DNA from: Felis catus
Lineage: Eukaryota
NCBI RefSeq assembly: GCF_018350175.1
Contig: NC_058373.1
Coordinates: forward strand, 103,666,001 to 103,730,000
DNA: 64,000 nt
Direction of reading: 5' to 3'
Each line of letters starts with the position of its first letter. Within the stretch, counting starts at the first letter, position 1. Made by a program: the position numbers and the translations under genes. This document shows, one piece after another, positions 1-13,281 of the stretch. The notes beneath the pieces are model-generated. The model did no database searches and was not told where the DNA came from. It worked only from the letters and a program-made list of their open reading frames with translations.

Positions 1-270
1 CAGCTCAGAGCCTGGAGCCTGCTTCGGATTCTGTGTCTCCCTGTCTCTCTCTGCCCCTCCCCTGCTCATGCTCTGTCTCTCTCTCTCTCTCTCTGTCAAA
101 AATAAATAAACATTAAAAAAATTTTTTTAAATAAAATTTTTAGTTTATTGTTAGCCTTGTTCATTATAGAATAGAATAGAATCCGACGTGGGGCTCGAAC
201 TCGCAAACTGTGAGGTCATGACCTGAGCCGAAGTCGGACGCCCAACTGACTGAGTCACCCAAGCACCCCA
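1..270. mobile_element. Two partial Can-SINEs (+ strand 3' half 1-~130; - strand 5' half ~184-269)
   Basis: cagctcagagcctggagcctgc...(CT)n...aataaa tail; reverse-complement tRNA-derived head. Confidence 0.85.
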
Positions 271-749
271 AGAAAAAAATTTTTTAACTAGAAAAAATAT
301 GGTTCTATTACACATATACAAATAAATAAAAAATTTTACGAAGTTGAAAGCATAATGTGGAAGAATCCTGTCTTTCCATTGAATATCATGAAGCCATTTT
401 TTAATGTTTTTACAAACTATTCTTAGTAGGTACATGTACTATATTTTAATAATAAGAGGGGAAAGGAACTATGAGTAGATAGTTAATAGAATATCTTAAT
501 GTTTAACTATCATAAAATTATATACTACAACAAATGACTTTGTGTATATAGTTTTCTTTGGAGGGGATAGAAGTTTGAATTCTTAGAATAGATTCTCAGA
601 AGTGAAATTACTAAGTCAAAGTACATGAACAATTGTAAGGCACTTGATAGAGATTTTTTCCCCCAAAGCATTGAGCCATCAGCATCACACGAAAGCTTTC
701 TAAATGGGCACTTTTTAAAAGGAACAAAGCTAATATTATTGAACACTTA

Positions 750-3700
750 CTATTTTATTTTTAAGATGCAGTCATTTTTTTTATGTATAGTTCTATGAAT
801 TTTAACACATGTATACATTGATATAACTCCCACAACAATTAGGATACAGAACAGATCCATGTGGGATACATGGATAACCCCCACAACAATCAGGATAGAG
901 AACAGTTCCTTTTCATTGCTGAGTAGTATTCCATTCTATAGATGTTCCTGTTTGTTTATCAGTTCACCTGTTGAAGGACATTTGGATTGTCAGGTTGGGG
1001 ACTGAGCTGCTGTAAACATTCATGGACAGGTTTGTGTGTGAACATGAGTGGGATGATTGGGTTGTTTGTTTTCTTAACTATTGAGTTTTAAGAATTCTTT
1101 CTGTATGGTAGGTACAAATCTTCAGCAAATATGTGATTCATAAATTTTGTAGCTTGACTTTTATTCTTTTTTGAAGTGGCTTTTGCAGATAAATTTTTTA
1201 TTTTGATGACATCCAATTATCATTTTTTTTCTTTTATGGATCATACTCTTTGGTGTCGTATCCAAGAACTCTTTGCCCGGTGTCAGGTCACAAAGATTTT
1301 CACGTGTTTTCTTCTAGGAGTTTAATAGTTTTATCTTTTACATTTCATATCAGTGATCCACTTTGAGTTACTTTTTGTAAGGGGGCAAGGGATTAAGACA
1401 AGGTTCTTGGGGATTCTTTGTTGTTGTTTTGTTTTTGGGTATAAATGTCAAGTTGTCCTAATATTTGTTGAAAACATCCTTTCTTCATTAAATGGCATTT
1501 TCATCTTTGTATCTACAAAAGAAAAAACTCTTTTGGGTTTTTAATTGGGTTTTAATTTGAGTAGTGTTTTCATGTTCTATCTTTTTTATTCTTTTGTTCT
1601 TAACCACCCATATCATAGTTAAAGTGGGTTTCTTGTAGACAGCATATATCTGGGTCTTGTTTTATTTTCCATTCTGACAATGTCTATCTTTTCATTGGTG
1701 TATTTAGACCATTTGCATTTCATGAAAATATTGACGTATTTAGATGTATGTCTACCATTTCATTATTTGCTCTCAGTTTGTTCCCTCTGTTTCTCAGTCC
1801 ACTGCTTCCCTTTTCCTGTCATATTTTGGAAATTTTGATTTTTTTAGTATTCCATTTTAAATTATTGAGTTGTTTGCTATGTCTCTTGGTAAATTTTTTT
1901 TTTTTTTTTTTTTTACCAGTTGATCTTGAGAATCACAGTATACATACTTAACTTTTCACAGTCTACTTAGGATTAATATTTTGCTACTTCGAGTGGCATA
2001 TAGAAAACTTACCGCCATATAAGTCCCTTTAACCTCCTCACTTTTGTGTTATCATATATATTAATTATACCAGATACTTGATAATTTTTGTTTTCACCTG
2101 TCATACATATATTTTTTAATTTAAGAGAAAAAATAATTTAAGGTATTTATCTAGATATTTGTCATATCCGTTGCCCTTCTTTTGATCCCAGGATATCATC
2201 CTCATTGTTCTCTGTGTGAAATGTGTTGTTTTTCTGTGGCTGCCTTCAAGATTGTGTCTTTGGTTTTTAGCAGTTTGGTTATGGTGTATCTGAGCATGGA
2301 TTTCTTTAAGTCTAATCTGTTTGGGGTTCGCTGAGCTGCTTAAATCTGTAAGATTGTGTCTTTCACAAATTTGGGAGCTTTTTTGACATTATTTCTTTAA
2401 ATACTTTTTCTGCTTCACATTTTTTCTCTTCTCCACCTGGGATTCTGATGACATGAACATTAGACCTTTTGGTACTGTCCCACAGGTGCATGAGACTGTA
2501 CTTTTTTTTTTTTTTCAGTCTTTTTGCTTGTGGTTTAAATCGTCTCATTTCTCTTGATCTGTCACCATTCAGTTTACTGTCTGCTTCTCTCTCTTCCTCT
2601 CTCTCTCTCTCTCCAGACTTACATTAAGCCCATCTAATGAATTTTTAATTTCCATCATATTTTTCAGGTCTGTAATTTCTACTTGGTTCCTTTTTATATC
2701 TTCTGTTTCTTTGTTGAGATTTTTCTATTTGTCTATTCATTTCAAGAGTATTTGCCTTTACTTCTTGGGGCATTGTTATAATAGATATTTTAAAGTCTTT
2801 GGCAATTCTAACATCTGTACCATTTTGGAATTCACATCTATTGATTATATTTTCCCTTGTGAATTGAGATTTTCCTGCTTCTTTATAAGCCAAACATTTT
2901 TGATTATATCCTGGACATTTTGGATATTTGGGCCTTATTTAAATCCTAACAAGAATGTTGATTTGTTTGTTTGTTGGTGTAGCAGGCTGTCAGCCAGGTA
3001 AATCTCAGGCTGCAAATTCTGACCTGCCTTCTGTGTCCTGTAGTTCCAATATTGGTTCTGTTTTCAGAGCATTTGCAGTGCGATCTGAATCAATCCTGTG
3101 TGCTGCCCATTACTCAGTCTGGGACTTGAATGGCCATCTGTCCAGTGACTCATTTCTCAGAGTCTATTTAGGGTCAGATCCATGCATGCTGAGCTCAGAG
3201 ATATGCCAGGAGTTCCTACACAACTTCATGGGATTGCTCTCTTGACCTCCCTCCTTTCTGTCTTCACTCTTGCCCTTTTCCTTCTTTGGAGCCTTCTTTC
3301 CTGGTTGTCTGGCCAGAAAGCTGGAGCTTTAATTTCCCTCACCTGCCATGCAAGTCCTGTGACTGTGTCTGTGTCTGGAGCCAGGCTGCCAGAGGCCGCA
3401 CAGAGGTAAAGAACAGTGAGGATTTGCTCCTGGTTCTTGCAGCCACAGCTCCTCTGATTAGAGAGGTGTTCCTTTCCTTTAGAGAGGTGTTCCTTTCCTT
3501 CAGAACTGTAGGAACCTGCAGGTTGCCCCAGCCGTCACTGGGCTGTTGCCTCTGTTGCTGGCACAGTACTTCCTGGTGCCTGGGGAAGGAGAGGAGGGGA
3601 GATCCTGGGGATTTCCTCTACTCTCCCCAACCTTCCCTTTCCTCCTTCTTGGGCTTGAAAACAGGGGCTTTCCTTGGAGCTCTTTTTGTCCTCACTTGGC

Positions 3701-3930
3701 ATTAGGCTTCCCTTGAGTCCAGGCTAGGCAATATCAGCAGTGGGGAAATGGTAAACTCCCCACAGGTTTGGTAGAACTCAGAATTCCGGTGTCTTTCCCT
3801 GTGCTTGTTTCTGCCATTTACTCTTCAGAGTCCTCAGATTCCAGGCGTTCTGTCCAAGAAGTCTAGCATGCAGTGGGGGAGACAGAGTAGAGCGTGCTTC
3901 CTCCATCTTCCCCAAAACCAGAACTCTTAT
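750..3930 (-). mobile_element. Old, internally deleted L1M-type LINE-1 antisense in a TMEM260 intron
   Basis: Minus-strand ORF 2363..2548 contains LWDSTKRSNVHVIRIPGGEEKKCEAEKVFKEIMSKKLPNL, a typical L1 ORF1 motif; 750-2100 resembles degraded ORF2/3' UTR fragments; boundaries approximate. Confidence 0.75.
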
Positions 3931-3952
3931 TCTGTTTTAAAACCGCACTTTG

Positions 3953-4169
3953 GGGGCGCCTGGGTGGCGCAGTCGGTTAAGCGTCCGACTTCAGCCAGGT
4001 CACGATCTCGCGGTCCGTGAGTTCGAGCCCCGCGTCAGGCTCTGGGCCGATGGCTCGGAGCCTGGAGCCTGTTTCCGATTCTGTGTCTCCCTCTCTCTCT
4101 GCCCCTCCCCCGTTCATGCTCTGTCTCTCTCTGTCCCAAAAATAAATAAACGTTGAAAAAAAAAAAAAA
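3953..4169 (+). mobile_element. Young SINEC_Fc-type SINE
   Basis: ggggcgcctgggtggcgcagtcggttaagcgtccgacttcagccaggtcacgatc... with CpGs intact; TSD aaaa(c/a)cgcactttgg. Confidence 0.95.
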
Positions 4170-5134
4170 CGCACTTTGGTATCAGATCCCCACTTAATCT
4201 TGAACAGCTCTGAGAGGGTTTGCCCATTTCACAGCTGAGGAGACTAGACACAGGTAGTTAAGTAATTTCCTCCAAATCACAGAGGTCAGAGATGGTGGGA
4301 AAAAACCTAAAATCTAAGCCGGAAGTATCTTGTTTCAAAGTTGATGGCGTCTTTTATTACTTTCAAGTAATTTCTTCTAATATACGTCTTTTTTCCTATT
4401 TTGTAATAGCTACCCAGTCACACACTACAAATTGGAACAGAACTATTCGATTATAGTGAGTTTGAACCAACCTTTTTAAACCGTTTCTATTCCTAATTTT
4501 TGCAGGATTTGAAGCTTTTTATAGTTTATTCAACCGAACTGATTTTAGTCAGCAAATATTGTGGATTAGCTAAGCATCCTGCTATGTGTGGTTTAGAGTT
4601 AATTCAGAGATAGAGAGCCTATCCTCAGGATGCTTCTGGGCTACTTGGGGAGATTTGTGAATGCAAACAATAAGTACAATACAGTAACAATAAAAGAGAA
4701 GAAGAAAGTGCAATGGGAATTTGAGGAAGGAGAAACTACTTCTAAGCAGGGAAACAAATGAAGACTTATATTTCCACCTGTAAAATGAAAAAAGAAAGGT
4801 GTCAAATAATATTTAAGTTTACATGTGAAACAGGACCACAGAAGCTTTCTTTCATTATAATAATGCTTGTCCCCAAATGATTTCTTATGTTTTGAGCAGG
4901 TAGGTTTTATTATTTATGTCTGTTAACTTCTCCCCAGCTCTCCCCAAACAGCTTTTTTTGCACTAATATAAATTCTAAACGGTCTATTTGGGAAAGATTT
5001 CAATAAACCGAAAGGTTTACCAATTGTTTATTGCTAACCAAGGTTCAAGGAGTCAAAAAATGACCCTTTATGAGTTGTATTTATTAACATTTAGAACTTT
5101 GAGTTAAAAATATTTTCTTTTCTGTTTTCAATAG

Positions 5135-5311
5135 GAAGAAAACATTTGTTTGCATAGGAATTCATGAAGGTGACCCAACCTGGAAAAAGAACTATTCACT
5201 TTGGCCTTGGGGTTCTTGTGACAAATTAGTTCCTTCGGAGATTGTATTCAACCCTGAGGAATGGATTAAACTCACAAGAAATATCTATAACTGGACCGAA
5301 GAATATGGAAG
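5135..5311 (+). CDS. TMEM260: TMEM260 internal coding exon (177 nt, phase 2-2), fourth from last
   Basis: Acceptor ttttcttttctgttttcaatag|G and donor AG|gtagga. Translates [58 protein letters not shown](R), which I recognise as the C-terminal part of mammalian TMEM260 (C14orf101). Splices in frame to 7253. Confidence 0.95.
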
Positions 5312-5954
5312 GTAGGAACAGCAGTTCTGTTTTTCATCAGAGTATGGCAGTTTTGTGTGCTTAAAAAACTAAATTTTGAGATGCCATGAATAGTTTTGAT
5401 TTTTTTTAATTAGTTATTAGTATTATTTGCTGCCCACATGAATTGTAACAGAGAACATATATTTCTTGTTCTCATGTTTGAAGAACAGTAGGGAGATGGG
5501 AGGGGAAGGGGGGGCTGCGGTTGAGTGGGCACCACAACAGGTTGGTGCCCTGCACCTTCCGCTTCCAGCTCTTGTGACGCCATGTTGTCCACCATCCTCT
5601 GTCTCGCACCCTAAAGGTGGAAGAGATCCATCAACTGCAGTAGAGCTTTACAAGGTGCTCTGTTTCCCATGAGAGTTTTTATGCGCACGAACTTGCCATA
5701 TTTTCCTCTCTTCAGGAGTAGCACATAACTTGTCTATAGGGGAGACTGGCCCTTGAGTAACTTTTTCCTACTCATTAGGAAAAAGTCATTATCCTGGTTG
5801 TGTTGTTTGGGGGTGTGATCAGTCTTCCTTGAAGCATCTCTATAGAGCTGACTCTCATCCATATGGAAATTGAGTCACCATCTCTAGAAATGTGCTTCTC
5901 TTGCCTATTTCTTAAGTTATGAATTACTTAAAGATCAGATAATTATTGTTTATA

Positions 5955-6675
5955 GGGGCGCCTGGGTGGCTCAGTCGGTTAAGCGTCCGACTTCAGCTCA
6001 GGTCATGATCTCACGGTCTGTGAGTTCGAGCCCCGCGTCGGGCTCTGTACTGACAGCTCAGAGCCTGGAGCCTGCTTTAGATTCTGTGTCTCCCTCTCTC
6101 TCTGACCCTCCCCCGTTCATGCTCTGTCTCTCTCTGTCTCAAAAATAAATAAACATTAAAAAAAAATTATTGCTTATAATTCAAGGACAGGCGAGATCAT
6201 ATGAAAGATGCTACAAAGGTTTTTTGAATCAATATGTGCAAACTGTCCGCAGTGCACCAACCAGAGATGGATAAGTAGGTTTATATCAAAGCACTCCGTA
6301 GGGGCGCCTGGGTGGTCAGTCGGTTAAGTGTCCAACTCTTGATTTCAGCTCAGGTCATGATCTCATCGTTCATGAGTTCGAGCCCCATGGTGGGCTTCAC
6401 GCTGACAATGGGGAGCCTGCATGGGAGTCTCTCCCTCTCCCCCTCTCTGACCTTACCCCCGCTCTTACTTGCTCACTCTCTCTCAAAATAAATAAATAAA
6501 CTTACATATGTATATTTTAAAAAAAGCACTCCATGACCATTGTGAGAAGTTAGAAAATAATCTATTCTGGGCACCTGGCTGGCTCAATCAGTAGAGCGTG
6601 CCGTTCTTGATCTTGGGGTTGTGCGTTCGGGCCCCACCTGGGGCATAGAGCTTACTTTAAAAAAAAGAAAGAAAA
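5955..6675 (+). mobile_element. Three Can-SINEs (~5955-6167, ~6301-6525, short ~6568-6675)
   Basis: tRNA-derived heads, CT-rich linkers, A tails; TSDs aattattg(t/c)ttata and aaagcactcc. Confidence 0.9.
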
Positions 6676-7088
6676 TAACCTCTTCTGCCAACAGTGGCCA
6701 TAGTACAAATACAGGACACCACTCGTTATTTCCATTCCATCAAAATAGACACATAATAAGAAATTTAATTAAGAGAAGTCAAAATCCAGCAGATGGTTTA
6801 GCCATTGTTCTTTGAGCAGCGTCCTGGCTCCAGCAGTGATTTTTATCAAAGCCACGAGTCCCCTCTCTCAAGCTTATCCCCTAGCTTCACAGCTGTTTGG
6901 CTCTTAGCTGTGTCCATAGAGTGACCGAGGCCTCGCCCCTGCCCTGTTGCCCATCTTGCAGTTCTTGGGAACAGCTGGTTCCTCAGATGCCTCCAGCCTC
7001 TTCCCACTAATCCTTCGTTTGCTCCCATGAGGCACCGGGGCTCATTATGCAGATGAAGAATACATTTACCAAAATTTCAAGTTCCTAA

Positions 7089-7307
<219 letters not shown>

Positions 7308-8843
7308 TGACTATCCTACACTTACGTGTTTGTGGTCGGTTTTTCATATGGCGGGGAAGCAGCCAGTAGGGTAGGGGGTCAGTGGTATGGTAAAAATAAC
7401 ATTTATGAGCAGTCATTTTGTTTGAGGCGTTGTGCTAATCATTGTACATTAATAATCCCATTTCATCCTCACGACAACCTATGAAGAAGTTACTATTATC
7501 CCCATCTTACAAAAGAAACACCCTGGAGGTAGAGAGGTTACTGGCCAATGCCAGATTGCTGCAAGTGATGGGAGTCTGAAACTCACATCTCCCTGACTCA
7601 GGCACAGCGCTGTGCTCCGGTGCTCTCCGCCTCGAGTAAACCACAGCGAGTGTAATTGTTGAGGGGCAGTTAATACTGCCCTGAATCCATGTGGAATGTG
7701 CTTATTTAATTAAGCACCTGCTGAATACTTCCCAGAGGCCAGACACCATGCCAGGCTTGGAAGCTACACATATGAATACAACACATTTCCTGCCCTCGAG
7801 GGGCTCACAGTCTAAGGGAGCAGATTTGAATATCAACGTCCTAGATGCTATACTTTCCTGTTGTGCCTGTATGGAACACGTTGTGGTGATGCCGTTGACT
7901 GCCATTATTTTGAGACATTCAAAATCTCTAACGCTAACAGACTTTGGCCTGGATATTAATATGAAAGTCCTAAGTGGTATACAGAGGGTGATACCAAGTA
8001 CATAGGAAGTACTTCCTTCAGCAAAGGAAGGGTGCCCAATCTGAGCCCGGGACTGTGCTCCACACCGAGGATTGAGTTATGATATAAAGGATTTACATAA
8101 GTTTAAAGAGCTTTTAAAAAAAGTGTCCAGAAATACAGCTCCAAAATAGCAATTACAAAAATAGATGTACTGTGGTTTATGCAATAGTGTTTTTTGAAAA
8201 GCCAGAAAACAGCATAATTCAAGTTATCAGCCCAGCTATAGGGACAAATACTTGCTTTGAAGAACTGATCAAAGATGCACCGCACACCGTATGTTTGTAC
8301 ACCGCTTTACTGTGACTGAATGTAGGAAAGCTGGGGGAGAAATCACCTAAAAGAAGGAAGCCAGTCATTATTCAGGCCGGTATTGATTTAACTGGCGTGC
8401 TGAATACAGTTTGGATGAGTGCATGTGGTCAAAGAGTCCAGCTACCTTTGAAGAACTCGTCACACGTGGCATGAGCCCTGGCGATGGGTCCCTTCAGGGG
8501 TGTGCTGACAAACTCAGCAAGTCTCCCCCTTCCTGGCTGCTCCTGCATGACAGTAATGTGCATCTGGAGGAAGAATGAAATGATGTATAATAGCGATGAT
8601 GAATTTAAGCTTTTTTTCTAAAAGCTTTGGCAAGCAGTGCGGATGCAGCGTGTTGGCAGTGGGGAAAGAAGGAGTTGCTGTTGGTTCAGAATAAACTTCT
8701 GTGAATATGGGAGAGGTACAAACAATGCAGTAAAGGGTTTGGCGTGTTCCTTATCAGTGGAAAAATCTGGTCGATGTAGCTGTACGTGTGAAATTTGACA
8801 TCATGGTTTTAATGAAGACTCCCACCCACCCCCGCACTCCCAG

Positions 8844-8934
8844 GATGAAAACCCCGTTCTTCATCTTTAACCTGGCAGAAACAGCAAACGTCCCTCCAAA
8901 TGTGAAGGCTCAACTCTACACTCACGCATATAAC
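8844..8934 (+). CDS. TMEM260: TMEM260 penultimate coding exon (91 nt, phase 2-0)
   Basis: C-rich acceptor ...cccgcactcccag|G and donor AAC|gtatgt; encodes [30 protein letters not shown] (lies inside track ORF 8788..9039). Confidence 0.94.
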
Positions 8935-9111
8935 GTATGTTCCATTTTTATATATATAAATATATTTGGGAGGAAGGTGGTGGGGATTAGAATGGAGGGA
9001 GTGTGTATCCCAGTAGAGTTTTTACTTTTTTGTTTCTAGTTTTATTTGGCTTTTATAAAGCAGTATAAATGGAAAACTACTCGTACATCACAAATAATGT
9101 CTAAAGTAAAC

Positions 9112-9597
9112 GGTGTGGTTGGCAAATGATGTCCATGTCTTAATCTCTGAAACCTGTGAATATACGGCCTTACGTGACAAAGGGGACTTTGCTCGTGTGA
9201 TTAAGTTAAAGATCTTGAGGTGGGGAGATTATCCTGGATTATCCAGGTGGACCCAGCATAATCACATGGCCCTTTTAAGAAGGAGGCAGGAGGGTCAGAG
9301 AGAAGGAGACGTGATGATGCAAGCAGAGGTCAGAGGAAAAGATTCGAAGATGCTACGTGGCTGGCCTGGAAGACGGGAGGAAGGGGCCACCAGGTAGGGA
9401 GTGCAGGCAGCCTCTGCAAGCCACCAAGGGCAAAGAAACAGATTCTAGAGCCTCCTCGAAGAACACAGCACTGCTGCTTTTACAAAATCCTCGATTTTAT
9501 GCATTTTGACCTCCAGAAGGGTAAGATAATAAATGTATACTGTCTTAAGCCATTATGTCTGTGCTGATTTGTTACAACAGCAGAGGAAACTAATAGG
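9112..9597 (+). mobile_element. ERVL-MaLR solo LTR (MLT1D-like)
   Basis: gaaacctgtgaatat...gggagattatcctggattatccaggtgg...ataaatgt..tgtcttaagcca...tttgttacaacagcagaggaaactaata, typical MLT1 layout. Confidence 0.8.
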
Positions 9598-11777
9598 AAG
9601 CCATTGGAACAGGAAACAGTCACCACCAGACAAGTTCTGACAGGTTTGCCCTCTAGACAAAAGTCATGACCCTGGCTGCACTCGAAAGGATAGGTTCCTG
9701 GCTGGGTGGGATTTCATGAGAAAGATAAAGGGTCTCGGCAAGAGGCTCTGTCTTCTGACTGTGGCCCTGTCTTCTGACTGAAGCCAACCCAACCTTCAGA
9801 TGGCCCGGCCACACACAGACTCTTGTGCAGGCAGTCCTCACTGATGGGAAAAGAGAGGGTGGAGCACAGGCTTGCTGTTGCTCTGTTTTAACGAGCCCCT
9901 TCTTTTCTGTGACTTCTAGCCCTGGGTTCCTCAGACGCCTTCAGAGATCATCTTGGAGCCTACTATGTAGGAAACAGATGTCCTGGCATGGGCCAGTGAG
10001 ACCAGAGCCCGGGAGCCATATATGTGAGCACCTGAGGTGTTTCTGCAGCCTCTAGGTGCTGTGGGTCTACTCACCAGGGCAGTGGTTTAGAGCTAAGTCA
10101 AAATCACACAGCGTCCAATCCGTAGGACTCATTTTACTCCTAAATTTTGTGATCGTGGGTTCATTGTTCATTTATTCATTTACTCACAGAGTGCTTATTG
10201 ATCGCCCAGTCTGTGCCAAATATTGTGTTGGAGATGACCAAGTATTGTCCCTGCTACCAAAGAGGTAGCAGGCTAGAGAGGGAGACAGAAGATAGAGTCC
10301 TCAGTTACATTCAGTCTTGCAGAGGTGCTGTGGGAACAGCACCCTGTACGTGAGTACACCCCTCTGGCGAGGGGTGGTGAGGAAAGAGGGGGAAGTCTTC
10401 GGAGATGTCACTGGAGTGTCATCTTGAAAGCTCAGACGAGCTAGCCAGACAGACTGTGGGCAGGGTAGTGGGAGAGTGGGCGAGGAAGGACAGTCGATAG
10501 GGACAAAGGCAGAACCCTCCGAGGTGCCCACTCGAGGACAGCAAGGGATTGATTGCAGGAGGCAGCAAGCTGGAGTTCTGTCTGGCATTTGGAAGATCAG
10601 GTTCAAGGCCTACTCCACCACTAATTGTCAACTGTAAGTCAGTTAAACATTCCAGGCCTCGATTTTTTCTAAAAATAGAAGTGGGCTTTAAGCTTTGTTA
10701 ATTATCTCTCACGCCCTGGTCATGTCATATCCTGTTCATCTCTCATACCCTGTGATTCCATGAAAAACAAATAGTATTTAGTTGAGAGAAATCTCTGAGA
10801 CTTACTGATACTTCATATTCTCATCAGTGACCTGTTCCATGGCCACCGTTGCTAGGGCGCCACTGAAGCTAATTCACGGATTCATTGTCCCTTTGGACCT
10901 GGAAGCTTTACTCTTTCCAGTGGACACAAGTCCGTGGGTGTCTTCTTTGCATATGCCTCCAGATGTGTGACTTTGTTTGCAAGACAAATGAGGTCAAATA
11001 CTTGATGGGTCAACACAAACCCACCCCCCCAGTACTGTTATTTCAAGAACGTTCTTGTTAGGTGTAAGACATTGTGTATAGTATTCCACTCAGTAGCTGA
11101 TGCAGAACTTTCAGTTCAGGAGACATTAAGTTCAGGTGTAGTGGGGGAGCAGGGACTATCCCCTTAGCTTTAGGAATGCATTCGATAAGTTGGTGTCCCC
11201 ACTAAATAGAATACAGTCTGCTAAGACTAATGTCACGGTAACATTCACATAGAGGAGGAAACGTAATCCCATGTGATGAGAAATGACCGGCTTCTTAAGA
11301 TACAGCACATGTGGCTTAACGGGCCACCTGGTAGAAGTTGACGATGCGTCGGTAACAAAGTGTTCGAGAGACGGGTGGTATGTTCATTCTGTTATCTAAT
11401 GACTGTAACAGGGAGGTCATGAGCGAGCCTCTCATCCTCTTGAGCCGTTGGGGAAATGCTCACTGAAGGGCTGGCCTCTGTGTTGAACTCCAGAACCCAG
11501 GTGGGATTCTGAAAGCCGAACCGTTTTCTGAACAGTTCCTGGGTGCCTGCTTTGTGCCTGTCAGCAAGGCTTGGAAAAAGAAACAGCAGACAGAGGGAAA
11601 AAAAAAAAAAAAAAAAAAAACCTGAGGAAAGACAGGGAGACATTGGATAACTGACCAAGAGAATGGAAGAGTGGAAGATAGCGTCACAGTTTCCACGTAC
11701 ATGCAAGTGCGAGGTGACCGTTTCCTTTGTTACGGAGTGAAAGAAGCGCATGGGCCAACTGCTTTAAAAGCCAGCTT

Positions 11778-11988
11778 GGGGGCTCCTGGGTGGCTCAGTC
11801 CGTTAAGCATCCGACTTGATACCAGCTCAGGTCATGACCTCACGGTTGGTGAGTTTGAGCTATGAGCCAGGCTTTGCACTGACGGCACGGAGACTTTAGG
11901 CTTCTCTCTCTCCCTCTCTCTGCCCCTCCCTCGCTCTCACTCTCTCTCCCTCTCAAAATAATAAACTTAAAAAAAAAAAAAAAAAAAA
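11778..11988 (+). mobile_element. Can-SINE
   Basis: Head ggggctcctgggtggctcagtc, long A tail, TSD gccagcttgg. Confidence 0.9.
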
Positions 11989-13026
11989 GGCCAGCTTGGA
12001 GGCTAAAGGTTAGTAAATACCAAGATGACATATGCGTTTATCTGCCCTGGAGTAGAAGTCGGGCCAATAGATGATCTGTTGGGTTCCTTTCAGCTGAATG
12101 ATGTGATGAATACAGTTCTAACTGCAAAAGCCCTTGTCCCTGTAGAAAAGCATCATTGCTTGTTCTGCGCGTTGAGTCTGCTGCTGACCTCAAGTTCCTG
12201 TACATCCGAGTCCAATCTGACAGCCCTCAGGAAGGCTGTGAAATTTCCAAATAAGCAAGTCTAATGTCCCGTTGTGCAGATTTGTGTCTTTCATTTGTTG
12301 AATTTTGATGTTTCTCCCTGGAAAACTCAATACCAAAGATTCCAGCTCTGTCCAATTAATGCTATCTCTGATGTTGCAAAAACAAAATTCCTGATTCCTG
12401 TGGGCAAAGTGTTAACTATTAAAATTATAATTATAGGGTGCTCCAAAGAGCATCTCGCCGTGAGGACATCTCTTAAATTCTGTTACGCCCAGCCTATTCG
12501 ATGACGGATTTGTTTGAGCTGTTTTATTGTTGCTATTGTTATTACTGTTGTTTTTAATGTGGAGAGAAATCTATGTGAAAATGAGGGTCAAAATTTAAAT
12601 TCCTTCAAGTTCTTTTTCCATGCAGTTTTCTAAAGAAAGCTATTTTTTTTCCTCTAACAGCTAAATTTAGAGTTTCAACCTTTCTGCCTGTTGAGTAAAT
12701 AGCTTTCCATGAATTAGAACTAAATCCCTTTCCCAGAACATCTTTCTGGAGGAAGAGCATTATGTCCTGACACCGTGTGTCTTAGGTTCCCTCTGCACAT
12801 CCGAAAACCCCAGAAGCAGTTTTAGATGAAGTACATTTGCCTCCTGCCACTGTCATAATTACAGTAACATTCTTGCATTTTCTGCATGGCCTAGCAATGA
12901 TTAGATTTTGACTATCGGCCGCTTGGATTTTTTTTCCTTGTGTTATTAATTCCTCTGTGTTTTCTGGTTTTTGAAAAAAAAGTCAAGGGATAACAATGGA
13001 ATACCAACATTTTTGCCGTTTTTCAG

Positions 13027-13281
13027 CTCTATAAGGAGATTGTCTATTTACGAAAGGAGCACCCGGTGAACTGGCACAAGAACTATGCCATCGCCTGTGA
13101 GCGGATGTTACGCCTTCGGGCAGGAGACTCAGACCCTGAAGTCTTGTTATCAGAAACCATCAGACATTTCCGTCTCTACACTCAGAAAGCACGGAATGAT
13201 CCACAGCTGCCTGATATTTTAGTTGCTCTAAAGCACCTGAGAAAAGAACTGCAGAGTCTGAGGAATAAGAAAAATGTCTGA
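13027..13281 (+). CDS. TMEM260: TMEM260 terminal exon, coding part (84 aa + TGA)
   Basis: Acceptor ttttgccgtttttcag|[87 protein letters not shown], matching the recalled TMEM260 C-terminus. TMEM260 is an ER protein O-mannosyltransferase for IPT domains of MET/RON/plexins (established knowledge). Confidence 0.96.
   Translation, partial: LYKEIVYLRKEHPVNWHKNYAIACERMLRLRAGDSDPEVLLSETIRHFRLYTQKARNDPQLPDILVALKHLRKELQSLRNKKNV

Noticed and set aside
3460..3501. 21-bp tandem duplication (similar small ones near 9747, 32929 and 59083)
   Set aside because: Two-copy slippage duplications with no spacers or associated genes; not CRISPR-like or functional arrays.
3950..4174. Recurrent ORFs such as FWDRERQSMNGGGAEREGDTESETG and GAWVAQSVKRPTS
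   Set aside because: Translations of Can-SINE sequence repeated throughout the window.
5955..6035. tRNA-like A/B boxes
   Set aside because: tRNA-derived SINE heads with SINE body and A tail; no genuine tRNA gene seen.
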